Part shown: positions 47,052-58,019 of the stretch, in pieces
Position numbering within the stretch: the stretch's first letter is position 1
Layout: the number at the start of each line of letters is the position of its first letter
Source: Nitrospinales bacterium
GTDB lineage: Bacteria > Nitrospinota > Nitrospinia > Nitrospinales > VA-1
Direction of reading: 5' to 3'
Length of the DNA stretch: 64,000 nt
Assembly (NCBI GenBank): GCA_965223795.1
Contig: CBDCXL010000002.1
Span: 1,632,001 to 1,696,000, forward strand
The notes under the pieces: generated by a model
Told to the model about the DNA's origin: nothing
The model's input: the letters and a program-made list of their open reading frames with translations, nothing else
Databases searched by the model: none
Position numbers and translations under genes: made by a program

Positions 47052-48029
47052 TCAGCCGCCGGCGAAGGCTTTGATGTAATCGATGAAAATGCGGCTGTCG
47101 AACTGCCCGTTCATTTTGGTTTTCATTTCCTTGAGCGCTTCGAAGGGCGAGAACGAGGGCCGGTGCTCGCGTTTGCAGACCAGTGCGTTGAACACATCGG
47201 AAATGGTGCAGATTCTGGCGACGTAGCTGATCTTTTCCCCAGTCAGGCCGAAGGGATAGCCGGAGCCGTCGAATTTTTCATGATGCTCCATGGCCATGTT
47301 CAGGATGCCGGGGCTGAAACACTTCATGTCGTTGAGCACTTTTTTCCCGGCCGAAGGGTGTTTGCGGATGAACTGCCATTCCTCCGGCGTCAGCTTTCCC
47401 TTTTTCTCCAGCACTTCATCCGGGATCGTCTTTTTGCCGATATCGAACAGCATCCCTCCCAATCCGAGGTCCTGAATGGCGCGGGTTTCCAGTTTGAACT
47501 TGCAGCCCAGAAAGAGGTTGTACAGCCCTGTGTTGGCGCAATGGGAGTGATGGTTGTTTTCGCGCACGGTCAATTTGAAGATATCCTTGGATTCCATGCC
47601 GCCCAACGCGATGCAGGTCTGCATGATGTTGACGACATCGCCCAGGGAACGCAGGATGCGGGAGGAGCCGATGCTCTCGAAATACTCGCGCAGGATCATC
47701 CGGGCGACCTCATAACTGTCCTTGAGGATTTTTTCGTACGGCTGTTCCTGGGAGAGACTCTGATTGAGATTGTCGATCAGAAAATCGCGGTAATAGCGGA
47801 TCAGGTCGTTTTCGTGGATGAACAGAGTCTGGTGGCTGTCCGATTCCAGCAGTTTGCGGATCCGCAACCGGGTTTCGGGGGTGTAGCTGGCGAACTTCAA
47901 GAACTGGGGTTCGCGTTCGCTCTTGTCGAGACGATAATAAAGCTCAAAGCCGATCTCCGGCCCGGCCCGCCAGGCTTTGTCGAGGAAGCCGCGGTTGATT
48001 TCCCGGTAATATTGACTGATCGAATCCAT
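47052..48029 (-). CDS. HD-GYP domain protein, degenerate (FD in place of HD)
   Basis: GMLFDIGK, KKGKLTPEEW..IRKHP, HHEKFDGSGYPFGL, ISDVFNAL. Confidence 0.88.
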   Translation of the reverse strand: MDSISQYYREINRGFLDKAWRAGPEIGFELYYRLDKSEREPQFLKFASYTPETRLRIRKLLESDSHQTLFIHENDLIRYYRDFLIDNLNQSLSQEQPYEKILKDSYEVARMILREYFESIGSSRILRSLGDVVNIMQTCIALGGMESKDIFKLTVRENNHHSHCANTGLYNLFLGCKFKLETRAIQDLGLGGMLFDIGKKTIPDEVLEKKGKLTPEEWQFIRKHPSAGKKVLNDMKCFSPGILNMAMEHHEKFDGSGYPFGLTGEKISYVARICTISDVFNALVCKREHRPSFSPFEALKEMKTKMNGQFDSRIFIDYIKAFAGG

Positions 48030-48139
48030 GATTTGTGCGCTGAAAATGGAATGCCCGTGGTTCCCGGAAACGGCGCGGGCCCCATCCCATCCTGAAATTG
48101 AGATATATTCCCTTTTCGGAATAATCTATTTTTTCTTTA

Positions 48140-48166
48140 ATATCGGTAAAATTTTTATATACTTTT
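48140..48166 (-). promoter_or_regulatory. sigma28-like promoter of the HD-GYP gene
   Basis: Minus strand AAAA-N15-ACCGATAT in the AT-rich intergenic region. Confidence 0.5.
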
Positions 48167-48335
48167 TCAATATTAGTAATATTTTATTGTAAAACACGCA
48201 AAAAATCAAGCATTTAGCGGGGCGGACCCGGCTTCGAGTTTTTGCTGGCGAATCCGTTGATTTATGCTTAAATGAAGCCCGCAAAATGGAGATTTAACTG
48301 CCAATATGCGAAGAATTTCAGGGAGATCGTGAATC

Positions 48336-49088
48336 ATGCAGAAACTGGTGTTGCTGCGGCACGGCCAGAGCCAATGGAATCTGGAAAACCGGTTCACAGG
48401 CTGGACGGATGTGGACCTCACTGCCGAGGGGCAGCGGGAAGCGGGCAATGCCGCCCAGCTGCTCAAGGAGGCGGGCTACACCTTCGATGTGGCCTACACT
48501 TCGGTGTTGAAGCGGGCGATCCGGACGCTGTGGATCGTGCTCGACGGCATGGATCTGATGTGGATTCCGGTGCACCGTTCCTGGCGGCTGAACGAGAGGC
48601 ATTACGGCGGCTTGCAGGGGCTCAACAAGGCGGAAACCGCCGAGAAGCACGGTGAAGACCAGGTATTGATCTGGCGGCGCAGCTATTCCACACCGCCGCC
48701 TGCCCTGCCCGACGGCGACGAGCGGCTGCCGGACAAAGACCCCCGTTACGCCGGCCTGCCCGCCCGGGATCTGCCGCGCACGGAGGCGCTCTCCCACACG
48801 GTGGAGCGGTTTCTGCCCTACTGGTTCGACACCATCGTTCCCATGCTGAAAACCGGCAAAAAGGTGCTGATCTGCGCGCACGGCAACAGCCTGCGGGCGC
48901 TGGTCAAGCACCTGGACGGCATCTCGGAAGAGGAGATCGTCGGGCTCAACATTCCCACAGGCATTCCCCTGGTCTACGAGCTGGATGCGGATCTGAAGCC
49001 GATCACTCATTATTATCTGGGAGATCCGGAGGCGGCGAAGAAAGCCGCGGAGCAGGTCGCCAAACAGGCGGGAGGCGGTTCCGGTTAA
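48336..49088 (+). CDS. gpmA: 2,3-bisphosphoglycerate-dependent phosphoglycerate mutase
   Basis: [50 protein letters not shown]. Confidence 0.97.
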   Translation: MQKLVLLRHGQSQWNLENRFTGWTDVDLTAEGQREAGNAAQLLKEAGYTFDVAYTSVLKRAIRTLWIVLDGMDLMWIPVHRSWRLNERHYGGLQGLNKAETAEKHGEDQVLIWRRSYSTPPPALPDGDERLPDKDPRYAGLPARDLPRTEALSHTVERFLPYWFDTIVPMLKTGKKVLICAHGNSLRALVKHLDGISEEEIVGLNIPTGIPLVYELDADLKPITHYYLGDPEAAKKAAEQVAKQAGGGSG

Positions 49089-49139
49089 ACTTGGTGCAGG
49101 CCGTGGGCGCTGTGAGTGGTGTGAATCCGGGCCGGCGGT

Positions 49140-50852
49140 TCAGTCTTTGATCATCTGCTCGGCGTGCTTGAGCGTCACGTCGGTGATCTTCTCTCCACCG
49201 GACATGCGGGCGATTTCCCGTACGCGCTGTTCGTGGTCGAGCCGTTCTATTACTGAATGGGTGCGCTTGTCCTTCACGGTTTTCTGCACCCGGTAGTGGG
49301 CCGAGGCCATGCCGGCGATCTGCGGCAGGTGCGTGATGCAGAACACCTGCTTGCCGCGCGCGACTTTCCTGAGCTTGATCCCCACCTTTTCCGCCACGTT
49401 GCCGCCGATGCCCGTGTCCACTTCATCGAACACCATGACCGGAACCGGGTGTTGCTCGTTGAGCGTGGATTTCAAGGCCAGCATCACGCGGGACAGTTCG
49501 CCGCCGGAAGCGATTTTCGCCAGCGGCCTGAGCTGCTCGCCGGGGTTGGGGGAAAACAGAAACTCCATGCTGCCGATGCCGGTGGGATGCAGGCGGACCC
49601 GTTGTTCGCGGAAGTGCACGCAGCCTTCCGGATCGGGTTCGTACTCGAAACGGACGCCGAAACGCACCTGGGTCATGTTCAGATCCTTGAGTTCCTTTTC
49701 CACTTTTTTCTGAATTTCCTTGGCGGTGCGTTCGCGTTCGCGCGCCAGCTCCACCGCCTGTTGTTCCAGTTCGCTTTCTTTTTCGGCGATCGATTCTTTA
49801 AGCCGGTTCTGGGTTTCTTCGCTGCCGGAAAACGTTTCCAGTTCTCCGGCCAGGGCATCGCGGCGTTTTAAAATCTCGGGCACGTCGGCGCCGTATTTGC
49901 GTTTCAAGCCGTTGATCTCGGCAAGGCGGTCCTCGATCTCTTCCAGGCGGGCCGGGTTGAATTCGATGGTGCGGCGGTAGGCTCGGGTCTCTTCCAGCAG
50001 TTCCTCCACTTCAAAATAGGCGTTTTGCGCCCGCTCGGACGGCTTGTTGAGCGTGCTGTCGACGGCGGCGCAGGCCTCCAGCTCGCGCTGCACCTTGCGC
50101 AGTAATTCGAGCACCGAACCGTCCGCGTCGGCGAGCAGCGCCTGAGTGGATTCCAGGCCGCGGGACAGTTTCTCCGCGTGCAGCAGCCGGTTTTTCTCGG
50201 CTTTGAGTTCCTCCTCCTCGGAGGGGCCGAGACCGGCGTTGTCGATTTCGGCGAGCTGGAACTTGAGAAATTCCTCTTTTTGCAACCGGTCGCGCTCGCT
50301 GGCCTGAAGCTCCTGGAGGCGCTTGCGATCCGCCTGCCAATCGGCGTGCAGCCGCGCGAGGGTTTCCTTGGCGGCCACGGTTTTGCCGCACTGATCCAGA
50401 AGTTCGAGGTGGGTTTCCGTGCGCAGCAGGGCCTGGTGATCGTGCTGGCCGTGGATGTCCACCAGCCGCTGGCCGATCTTCGCCAGCGAGGCGAGGGTGA
50501 GGCTGCTGTCGTTGACGAAGCAGCGGGTCTTCCCGGCGTGGGAGAGCGTGCGCTTGATCAGGATCTCGCGGTCGTTTGCCTCGATGCCCAGCTCGTTGAG
50601 CAGGCGCAGTAAAATTTCATCTTCGGTGTGAAACAGGGCTTCCACGGAAAGGGACGTCTCGCCGGAGCGGATCGCGTCCTTATCGCCGCGGCCTCCGAGG
50701 ATGAGGTTTAAGGCGTCGATCAGGATGGATTTACCCGCTCCGGTTTCTCCGGTCAGGACGTTGAGGCCGGGCAGGAATTCCACGCGCAGTGTGTCGATGA
50801 TGGCGAAATGAGTGATGTGGATTTCTTTGAGCATGGAGACTTCCTCACTCAA
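49140..50852 (-). CDS. recN: DNA repair protein RecN
   Basis: LTGETGAGKSI, VDIHGQHDHQ, KIASGGELSR, FDEVDTGIGG, CITHLPQ. Confidence 0.96.
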   Translation of the reverse strand: MSEEVSMLKEIHITHFAIIDTLRVEFLPGLNVLTGETGAGKSILIDALNLILGGRGDKDAIRSGETSLSVEALFHTEDEILLRLLNELGIEANDREILIKRTLSHAGKTRCFVNDSSLTLASLAKIGQRLVDIHGQHDHQALLRTETHLELLDQCGKTVAAKETLARLHADWQADRKRLQELQASERDRLQKEEFLKFQLAEIDNAGLGPSEEEELKAEKNRLLHAEKLSRGLESTQALLADADGSVLELLRKVQRELEACAAVDSTLNKPSERAQNAYFEVEELLEETRAYRRTIEFNPARLEEIEDRLAEINGLKRKYGADVPEILKRRDALAGELETFSGSEETQNRLKESIAEKESELEQQAVELARERERTAKEIQKKVEKELKDLNMTQVRFGVRFEYEPDPEGCVHFREQRVRLHPTGIGSMEFLFSPNPGEQLRPLAKIASGGELSRVMLALKSTLNEQHPVPVMVFDEVDTGIGGNVAEKVGIKLRKVARGKQVFCITHLPQIAGMASAHYRVQKTVKDKRTHSVIERLDHEQRVREIARMSGGEKITDVTLKHAEQMIKD

Positions 50853-51576
50853 TGTAGGGTGTGATTTTCAGCAACAGTTCTTTGCCGCGTTTGCGGACGC
50901 GCTGCACCTCGGGACGGTCGGCTTTGGGTTCTGTGTTCTTGAAGAGAATGTTGAGGACGTCGCGGGCGGGAGCGAAACGATGCGCCTTGTAATAGGCTTC
51001 AGCGAGGAACAGGTAATTGTCGCCCATTTCGGGACCCAGCCGCACGGCTTCTTTTAAATGACCGATGGATTTTTCCAGGTTGCCTCCCAACAGGCCGGGA
51101 AGTTCCATGTACAGTTTGCCGAGCGCCCGGTGCGGCCCTCCCGCTTCCACGGAAGGGTCGAACTGGATGGCGGCCTGCATGTCCCGCTTGAAGGGTTTGA
51201 TGATTTTCAGACTGCTCCAGACACCCTGGCTCTCGCCCTGCTTGCCGCGGCACAGGCCGCGGTAAAAAAAACCGATGGCCGATTGCGGGTCGAGGGCGAG
51301 GGCGCGGTCTGCGGCTTCGATGCAGGCCTGGAAGTGCCCGTTTCTGGCCTCGCCCTGGCTCAGGTTCCCCAGAGCGAACTGATTGCGCGCCTGTCTCCAG
51401 GCAAGCCCGGTCGACGGATGGGCCTGCATGCGCTCGGAGAACAGCCGGGACTGAGACAGCAGCGCATCGCGGTCGGCTTTGATCGTATGATGCTCGCGGT
51501 CGAGCGCTTCCAGGCTGTCCGCAGCCGTTGGGGAAGCGGATATAAGAGTCAGGACGAACAGGAATTCGGGGATCAT
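50845..51576 (-). CDS. Exported TPR-like protein
   Basis: Signal-like N-terminus and helical repeats (ADRALALDP, GPHRALGKLYMELPGLLGG, YLFLAEAY). Confidence 0.7.
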   Translation of the reverse strand: MIPEFLFVLTLISASPTAADSLEALDREHHTIKADRDALLSQSRLFSERMQAHPSTGLAWRQARNQFALGNLSQGEARNGHFQACIEAADRALALDPQSAIGFFYRGLCRGKQGESQGVWSSLKIIKPFKRDMQAAIQFDPSVEAGGPHRALGKLYMELPGLLGGNLEKSIGHLKEAVRLGPEMGDNYLFLAEAYYKAHRFAPARDVLNILFKNTEPKADRPEVQRVRKRGKELLLKITPYIE

Positions 51577-51722
51577 GACGATGGATTAATTCCTTCTCAA
51601 GCGTGCTCTCGAATGATAGTCTATATTCGCCTCTAAGCTGAAATCAAAGTGTTGCCGCATTGGTCTCGTGTGGTCTCCGGTGAGGAGGCCTTAGACTCGT
51701 CAACCTCAATCTATCATAAAAT

Positions 51723-52322
51723 ATGCGACCGTTTGCCAAAGCGCTGGGATGGGTTTTGATTTTCGTGCTGTTTGCGGCGGCGTCCAAGGACGCCTCGCCG
51801 AAAGATTCGGTGGAGCAGCTGCTCAAGGCCATCAAGTCGATCCAATCCGGAGATGCGGTGACTGCGGAACAGCGGAAAAAAAACCGCGAGCTTTCCGATC
51901 GCGCTCTGGATTATCTGGATGTGATGGAGGTCAGTAAAAAGTCGCTGGGGAAACACTGGAAAAAAAGATCGGATGTGGAGAAGAAGCGTTTCCAGAAGCT
52001 GCTGAGCGAACTGTTCGTGTACGTGGCGTTTCCCAACTCGGGTAAGTTCTTCAAGGACCTCGACGTGCAGTACGCCGAACCGGAGGTCAACAAGACCCGC
52101 GCTCTGGTTCCCATGACGGTGGTGCATGAGGAAGAAGGCGAGATCGACATCGATTTTTTTCTCGAGTCGAGAAAGGCCGGCTGGAAGGTGGTCGACGTGC
52201 ATCTCGACGGCGTCAGCATGCGCAACAACCTGCGCAGCCAGTTTTACAGGGTGATCGCGGAAAAGGATTTTCCCGAGCTGATCAAACGGATGGAGAAAAA
52301 ACTCAAGGAAGCGAAAGCATGA
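51723..52322 (+). CDS. MlaC/Ttg2D (HpnM-like) periplasmic lipid-binding protein
   Basis: Signal peptide, SLGKHWK, WKVVDVHLDGVSMRNNLRSQF. Confidence 0.85.
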   Translation: MRPFAKALGWVLIFVLFAAASKDASPKDSVEQLLKAIKSIQSGDAVTAEQRKKNRELSDRALDYLDVMEVSKKSLGKHWKKRSDVEKKRFQKLLSELFVYVAFPNSGKFFKDLDVQYAEPEVNKTRALVPMTVVHEEEGEIDIDFFLESRKAGWKVVDVHLDGVSMRNNLRSQFYRVIAEKDFPELIKRMEKKLKEAKA

Positions 52323-52347
52323 TGCGATTGGGAAAACGGATGCCGGC

Positions 52348-53700
52348 ATGAAGAAAATCGGCGTGGTCAGCCTGGGTTGCCCGAAAAACACAGTCGATAC
52401 GGAATACGTTCTGGGAGATCTCGTCCAGTCGGGGTATGAAATCACGCCTGACCGGGAAGAGGCGGAGGTGCTCATCGTCAACACCTGCGGGTTCATCGAG
52501 TCGGCGACGCGCGAGTCGATCGACGCCATTTTAGAGATGGCGCGGCTGAAAACCCAGGGAAAGTGCCGGCGGCTGATCGTGACAGGCTGCCTTTCGGAAC
52601 GCTACCGCGACGCGCTGCTCAAAGAGATTCCCGAGATCGACGATCTGTTGGGAGTGCATCAGTACCCCAGACTGAAAGAAATCATCCAGACCCCACCGGC
52701 CCGGGAAACCGGAGCCGCGCGCAACCACCTGAACGCGCCGGCGACGTATTTCGCATCCTACGCAAACCGGATTCTGACGACGCCGGGGTACTCCGCCTAT
52801 ATCAAGATCGCGGAGGGCTGCTCGAACCGCTGCTCGTTCTGCATCATCCCGAAAATGCGCGGCCGCTTTCGCAGCCAGCCTGTGGATTCGATCCTGCGCG
52901 AGGCCGAGAGCCTGGCGGCCCAGGGCGTGAAGGAGATCAATCTCATCTCCCAGGACACGACGATGTACGGCCTCGACCTGGGCATGAAACACGGGCTGGT
53001 GTCGCTATTGGAATCGCTGGCGCAAGTGGATGGGGTGGAATGGATCCGGCTGTTTTACTGTTATCCCACGTTCATCGATCGCGCGTTGATCGACTGCGTG
53101 GCGGCGCAGGACAAAGTGGTGAATTATTTCGACGTGCCGTTGCAGCATTCGCACGACGCCATGCTCAAAAAGATGAAACGCCAGGAGACGGAACAAGGCG
53201 TGCGCGGCATGATCGACGCCATCCGCGAAACGATTCCCGACATCGCCTTGAGAACGACGTTCATCACCGGCTTTCCCGGCGAAAGCGAAGCGCATTTTGA
53301 ACACACGGCGCGTTTTCTCGAGGAGATCGAGTTCGACCACGTGGGTGTGTTCACCTATTCGCACGAAGAAGGGACCACCGCTTTTGAGTATCCGGACGAT
53401 GTGCCGGATGACGTCAAAGAAGAACGCAAGACCGCGTTGATGGAGATTCAACGCAATATCAGCCGCAAAAAGAACCAGGCGCGGGTGGGGCGCGTGCACC
53501 CGGTTCTGGTCGAAGGGGTGGACTCCGAAGAAGCGTACCTGGTCACCGGAAGGCTGGCCTCCCAGGCTCCCGAGATCGACGGGCAGGTGATCGTCGAGGC
53601 CAGCGAGGTGCGGCCGGGAGAGATCGTGCCCATGCGCATCACCGGCGCGCTCGATTACGATCTGGTGGCGCAGGCGGAGACTCCCGCACCGGCGGGCTGA
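52348..53700 (+). CDS. rimO: Ribosomal protein S12 methylthiotransferase RimO
   Basis: SLGCPKNTVD, VNTCGFI, AYIKIAEGCSNRCSFCIIP radical-SAM motif, APEIDG and TRAM-type C-terminus. Confidence 0.93.
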   Translation: MKKIGVVSLGCPKNTVDTEYVLGDLVQSGYEITPDREEAEVLIVNTCGFIESATRESIDAILEMARLKTQGKCRRLIVTGCLSERYRDALLKEIPEIDDLLGVHQYPRLKEIIQTPPARETGAARNHLNAPATYFASYANRILTTPGYSAYIKIAEGCSNRCSFCIIPKMRGRFRSQPVDSILREAESLAAQGVKEINLISQDTTMYGLDLGMKHGLVSLLESLAQVDGVEWIRLFYCYPTFIDRALIDCVAAQDKVVNYFDVPLQHSHDAMLKKMKRQETEQGVRGMIDAIRETIPDIALRTTFITGFPGESEAHFEHTARFLEEIEFDHVGVFTYSHEEGTTAFEYPDDVPDDVKEERKTALMEIQRNISRKKNQARVGRVHPVLVEGVDSEEAYLVTGRLASQAPEIDGQVIVEASEVRPGEIVPMRITGALDYDLVAQAETPAPAG

Positions 53701-53763
53701 GCATTTCGCATCATTCCTGTTGAGCCGTTCCCGCCGAATCAAAATGCTGACAAACCGCTTTTC

Positions 53764-54858
53764 ATGAAACTCAAACGACTGGGAATCCTGACCGGAGGCG
53801 GCGATTGCGCCGGTCTCAACGCCGTGATCCGCGCGGTGACGCTCAGCGCGCAAGTCGAGCATCAGGCCAGCGTGGTCGGCATCGAGCTGGGGTTCGACGG
53901 GTTGATCTTCGACTACCATAAAGAACTCACGTTTCAAAACAGTAAAGACATCCTGCCTCTGGGCGGCACCGTCCTCGGCACCACCAACAAGGGCAATCCG
54001 TTCGCCTACCGGGAATTCGGGCTGGAAGGCCAGGTCGTCGAAACCGATTATTCTAAAAAGGCGCTGGAAAATTTCAAGCGGCTCAAGCTCGACTGCCTGT
54101 TCGTGGTCGGCGGCGAAGGCACTCTGGAGATCGCGCAGCGGTTTTACGAGATGGGGATGCCCGTCATCGGCATTCCCAAGACCATCGACAACGATCTGGG
54201 CGAGACGGACTACACCTTCGGATTCCAGACCGCGGTGCAGGTGGCCACGGATGCGCTCGACCGGCTGCATACCACAGGGAGAAGTCACCGCAGGGTCATG
54301 ATCCTCGAGGTCATGGGACGCCACGCCGGCTGGATCGCGCTCGAGTCGGGGCTGGCCGGCGGCGCGCACATCATCCTGATACCGGAGGTTCCCTTCCGGC
54401 TGGAAAGGGTCCTCGATAAAATCCGCGAACGGGAAGCGAAGGGCTACCCGTTCAGCACGATCGTGGTGGCGGAAGGGGCGCATGAGGTGGGGGGCAGCGA
54501 GATCATCTTGAAAAGCGCATCCAGCCGGTTGCAGGGGGTCGCCCAATTGGGCGGCGTCGGCAGCCACCTCGCGGAGAAGATCAGCCGGGAAATCGACCTG
54601 GAAGTCCGTTGCACGGTGCTGGGGCACACGCAGCGCGGCGGCACGCCCAACAGCTTCGACCGGGTGCTGGGAACCCGGCTCGGGGCGTTCGCGGTGCAGG
54701 CCGCGGCGGAGGGCCGGTTCGGCACCATGGTCGCCCTGAAAACACCGGAAATCACTCTCGTCCCGATGAAGGGACTGGCCGGGATGGTCCGCAATGTTCC
54801 CATGCAGTCGCAGCTGATCGCCTGCGCGGAATCCATCGGCGTCAGCCTCGGGCGCTGA
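53764..54858 (+). CDS. pfkA: 6-phosphofructokinase (PfkA family)
   Basis: LTGGGDCAGLN, GGTVLGT, GGEGT, PKTIDND, EVMGRHAGW, LGHTQRGG. Confidence 0.93.
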   Translation: MKLKRLGILTGGGDCAGLNAVIRAVTLSAQVEHQASVVGIELGFDGLIFDYHKELTFQNSKDILPLGGTVLGTTNKGNPFAYREFGLEGQVVETDYSKKALENFKRLKLDCLFVVGGEGTLEIAQRFYEMGMPVIGIPKTIDNDLGETDYTFGFQTAVQVATDALDRLHTTGRSHRRVMILEVMGRHAGWIALESGLAGGAHIILIPEVPFRLERVLDKIREREAKGYPFSTIVVAEGAHEVGGSEIILKSASSRLQGVAQLGGVGSHLAEKISREIDLEVRCTVLGHTQRGGTPNSFDRVLGTRLGAFAVQAAAEGRFGTMVALKTPEITLVPMKGLAGMVRNVPMQSQLIACAESIGVSLGR

Positions 54859-54894
54859 TCCTGTTTTGGCGCAGCCCGGCTTCGGGGTTTGTTC

Positions 54895-54923
54895 TTGTCA
54901 CGCCAAACACGGTGTGCTAATCT
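54895..54923 (+). promoter_or_regulatory. sigma70 promoter of the rpsB operon
   Basis: TTGTCA-N17-TAATCT with extended TG and a GC-rich discriminator (AGCGCACC). Confidence 0.65.
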
Positions 54924-54962
54924 AGCGCACCAAGGATCTCATCCATATAAAGTATTCTAATT

Positions 54963-55050
54963 TCACACGCAGCCGGATCGACCCCGGGGTGGCCTGGTGC
55001 AGGTTCCGGGTGAGAGATGAAGGTTGCGGCGGACGAACCCAAACTATTGA
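54963..55050 (+). ncRNA. Putative rpsB (S2) leader autoregulatory RNA
   Basis: CACAC..GCAGCC..CCGGGGTG..GGTTGC.GCGG..AACCC ordering resembles known S2 leaders; gcagcc can pair with ggttgc, and GGGT with ACCC. Confidence 0.6.
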
Positions 55051-55059
55051 GGAGCGATC

Positions 55060-55866
55060 ATGGCGGAAGTCACGATGAAGGGTCTGCTGGAGGCCGGTGT
55101 CCATTTCGGGCATCAGACCACCCGGTGGAGCCCGAAGATGAAGAAGTACATTTATGGCGCCCGGAACGGCATCCATATTGTCGATCTGCAGAAAACCCTG
55201 AAAAAATTTCGGGAGGCGGAAAAGTTCATTTCCGATGTGGCTCAATCGGGTAAAAAAATCCTGTTTGTCGCCACCAAGAAGCAGGCGCAGGAACTCATCG
55301 CCCAGGAAGCGGTCCGCTGCGGCATGTTTTATGTGAATCAGCGTTGGCTCGGCGGGACGATGACCAATTTCACCACCATCCGCAAAAGCATCGACCGTCT
55401 GCTGGAACTGGAACGGATGGAGGAAGAAAACGAATTCGACCGGCTGCATAAAAAAGAAGCCCTGAAAAAAAGGAAGGAAATCGAAAAGCTCAACAAATTT
55501 TTCCGCGGGATCAAATCCATGAAGCGGCTGCCCGATGTGATCTTCATCGTGGACACCCGCAAGGAAAAAATCGCCCTCGCGGAAGCGAAGAAACTGGGAA
55601 TCAAGATCATCGCCATCGTTGACACCAATTGCGATCCGGACGGAATCGATTATCCCATTCCAGGAAATGACGACGCGATCCGTTCGATCAAGCTGTTCAC
55701 GCAACGGATCGCCGATTTGTGTGTCGAGGGTCAGGAAATGACCCGGTCTCGTCAGGAAGAAGAAGCGGCGGCTGCTGCAAGCAAACAGGAAGCCCCGGCG
55801 GCGGTTGCAGAAACCGGCGCCGATTCCGCTTCGGACGGGAAAAGCGAGGACACGGTTTCTGCCTGA
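55060..55866 (+). CDS. rpsB: 30S ribosomal protein S2
   Basis: [43 protein letters not shown]. Confidence 0.98.
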   Translation: MAEVTMKGLLEAGVHFGHQTTRWSPKMKKYIYGARNGIHIVDLQKTLKKFREAEKFISDVAQSGKKILFVATKKQAQELIAQEAVRCGMFYVNQRWLGGTMTNFTTIRKSIDRLLELERMEEENEFDRLHKKEALKKRKEIEKLNKFFRGIKSMKRLPDVIFIVDTRKEKIALAEAKKLGIKIIAIVDTNCDPDGIDYPIPGNDDAIRSIKLFTQRIADLCVEGQEMTRSRQEEEAAAAASKQEAPAAVAETGADSASDGKSEDTVSA

Positions 55867-56040
55867 TCGGCATGCCTTCCCTTATCAATCCAGCCGGTTT
55901 TTAAAGCCCCGGTCCTTCGGGCGCCAGGGGAACTCCAGGAGGCTTGTTTTCTTGTCCGGGATGTTGCGGCCCGGTGTGATTGCGTGCGGAGCGGAGTGAC
56001 ACAAATTTGAATTCTGAGTCAGTTGAGGAGTGAATCGAGG

Positions 56041-56634
56041 ATGGAAATCACCGCGGAAATGGTCAAAGAGCTGCGCGCCAAATCGGGTGCGGGCATCATG
56101 GAGTGCAAAAGCGCTCTTAAGGAAACAGAGGGCGATGTGGAGGAAGCGATCACCTTCCTCAGAAAAAAGGGGCTGGCCAAGGCCGGCAAAAAAGCGGATC
56201 GTCAGACCGGGGACGGGGCGATCGGCGCGTACATCCATGCCGGTAATAAGATCGGCGTTCTGGTGCGTCTGCACTGCGAGACCGATTTTGTGGCCAACAC
56301 TCCCGATTTTCAGGAGTTGATCAAAGACATCGGGATGCACGTCGCCGCTTCCAAGACGCGGTTCATCTCGCGTGAGGATGTGACCGAAGAGGACATTCAA
56401 AAAGAGCGGGAGATTTTTGCGCATCAGGCGCGGGAGTCGGGAAAGCCGGAAAATATCATCGATAAGATCGTGGATGGAAAAATCGGTAAGTTTTACGAGG
56501 AAAACTGCCTTCTCGATCAGGCGTTCATCAAGGACACCAGCATCACCGTTGGTGAATTGATCAAACAGAAAATCGCTCTTCTCGGCGAGAACATCACGGT
56601 CGGGGAGTTTGTCCGTTTTGAAATTTCCAAATAA
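56041..56634 (+). CDS. tsf: Elongation factor Ts (short form)
   Basis: [43 protein letters not shown]. Confidence 0.97.
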   Translation: MEITAEMVKELRAKSGAGIMECKSALKETEGDVEEAITFLRKKGLAKAGKKADRQTGDGAIGAYIHAGNKIGVLVRLHCETDFVANTPDFQELIKDIGMHVAASKTRFISREDVTEEDIQKEREIFAHQARESGKPENIIDKIVDGKIGKFYEENCLLDQAFIKDTSITVGELIKQKIALLGENITVGEFVRFEISK

Positions 56635-56648
56635 AGGTTGAACCGTTT

Positions 56649-57368
56649 ATGGACCGACCGATATACAGACGCATCCTGCTGAAGCTGGGAGGGGAAAGCC
56701 TCGCGGCGGAGGACGGAGGATTCGGCATCGACCAGGGGGCCCTGCAGAATATCGCATCGGAGATCCATGAGGCCCGGGACGTGGGAGTGGAAATCGCCAT
56801 CGTCATCGGCGGCGGAAACATCTTCCGCGGTATCACCGCAAGCAATCTGGGTATGGAGCGGGCCACCGCCGATTACATGGGCATGCTGGCCACGGTCATC
56901 AACGCGCTCGCCCTTCAGCATGCGCTGGAAGCGCGCGGCATTTCCACGCGCGTGCAGACCGCGATCGAAATCCATCAGCTTGCGGAACCGTATGTGCGGC
57001 GCCGCGCCATCCGGCACCTGGAAAAAGGCAGGATCATTATTTTCGCCGGAGGGACCGGGAACCCTTATTTCACCACCGACACCGCCGCTTCATTGAGGGC
57101 GATGGAGATCGGTGCGGATGTGATTTTCAAGGCGACAAAGGTGGACGGCATCTATTCCTCCGACCCGCTCGTGGATGCGGATGCGACGAAATTTTCCGAG
57201 CTTTCCTATCTCGAGGTGCTGCAAAAGGGACTCAAGGTGATGGATTCCACATCGGTTTCCCTCTGCATGGACAACAAGCTGCCGATGGTGATTTTCAATG
57301 TGCGGCAGAAAAGCAGCATCAAGCGGGTTCTTCTGGGAGAAAAAATCGGCACCACTGTGGGAGTGTGA
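56649..57368 (+). CDS. pyrH: UMP kinase
   Basis: [39 protein letters not shown]. Confidence 0.98.
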   Translation: MDRPIYRRILLKLGGESLAAEDGGFGIDQGALQNIASEIHEARDVGVEIAIVIGGGNIFRGITASNLGMERATADYMGMLATVINALALQHALEARGISTRVQTAIEIHQLAEPYVRRRAIRHLEKGRIIIFAGGTGNPYFTTDTAASLRAMEIGADVIFKATKVDGIYSSDPLVDADATKFSELSYLEVLQKGLKVMDSTSVSLCMDNKLPMVIFNVRQKSSIKRVLLGEKIGTTVGV

Positions 57369-57928
57369 ACGTGATCGAACAGCTGCTCAAAGAATCCGAA
57401 TCGAAAATGGGGTATTCGCTGGATCATCTGCGGACGGACCTGGCCAAGCTGAGGACCGGGCGCGCTTCGCTGGCCATCCTTGAGGACATCAAGGTCGATT
57501 ATTACGGCAACCCGACTCCCTTGAACCAGGTGGGGACGCTCGCGGTTCCGGATCCCTCGACCATCACCATTCAGCCCTGGGACAGCACGGTGCTGAAAGA
57601 CATCGAGAAGGCGGTGCAGAGCTCAGACCTGGGATTGACGCCGAATAACGACGGCAAGTTGATCCGGCTGACCATTCCTCCTCTCACGCAGGAACGCCGG
57701 CAGCAGCTGGGCAAGGTGGTGAAAAAGCACGCGGAGGAATGCAGAGTGGCGATCCGCAACTTGAGACGGGTTTTCAACGACAAGGTCAAGGCTTTGGAGA
57801 AAAAACACGAAATATCCCAGGATGAAAGCCACAATTACATCGACAAAATGCAGAAGATCACGGACGCGCACATTGGGGATGTGGATAAGATCGCCCAGGC
57901 GAAAGAAAAAGATATCATGGAAGTTTGA
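57365..57928 (+). CDS. frr: Ribosome recycling factor
   Basis: [42 protein letters not shown]. Confidence 0.97.
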   Translation: MNVIEQLLKESESKMGYSLDHLRTDLAKLRTGRASLAILEDIKVDYYGNPTPLNQVGTLAVPDPSTITIQPWDSTVLKDIEKAVQSSDLGLTPNNDGKLIRLTIPPLTQERRQQLGKVVKKHAEECRVAIRNLRRVFNDKVKALEKKHEISQDESHNYIDKMQKITDAHIGDVDKIAQAKEKDIMEV

Positions 57929-58019
57929 TCGTCCTCATCGATGACTCCTCCTTCATCCGCTCCCCATCCCAGAACCAAGCCCTTTTGATGCTTCTGTCCC
58001 GCTTTTTGGAGACGGTTTC

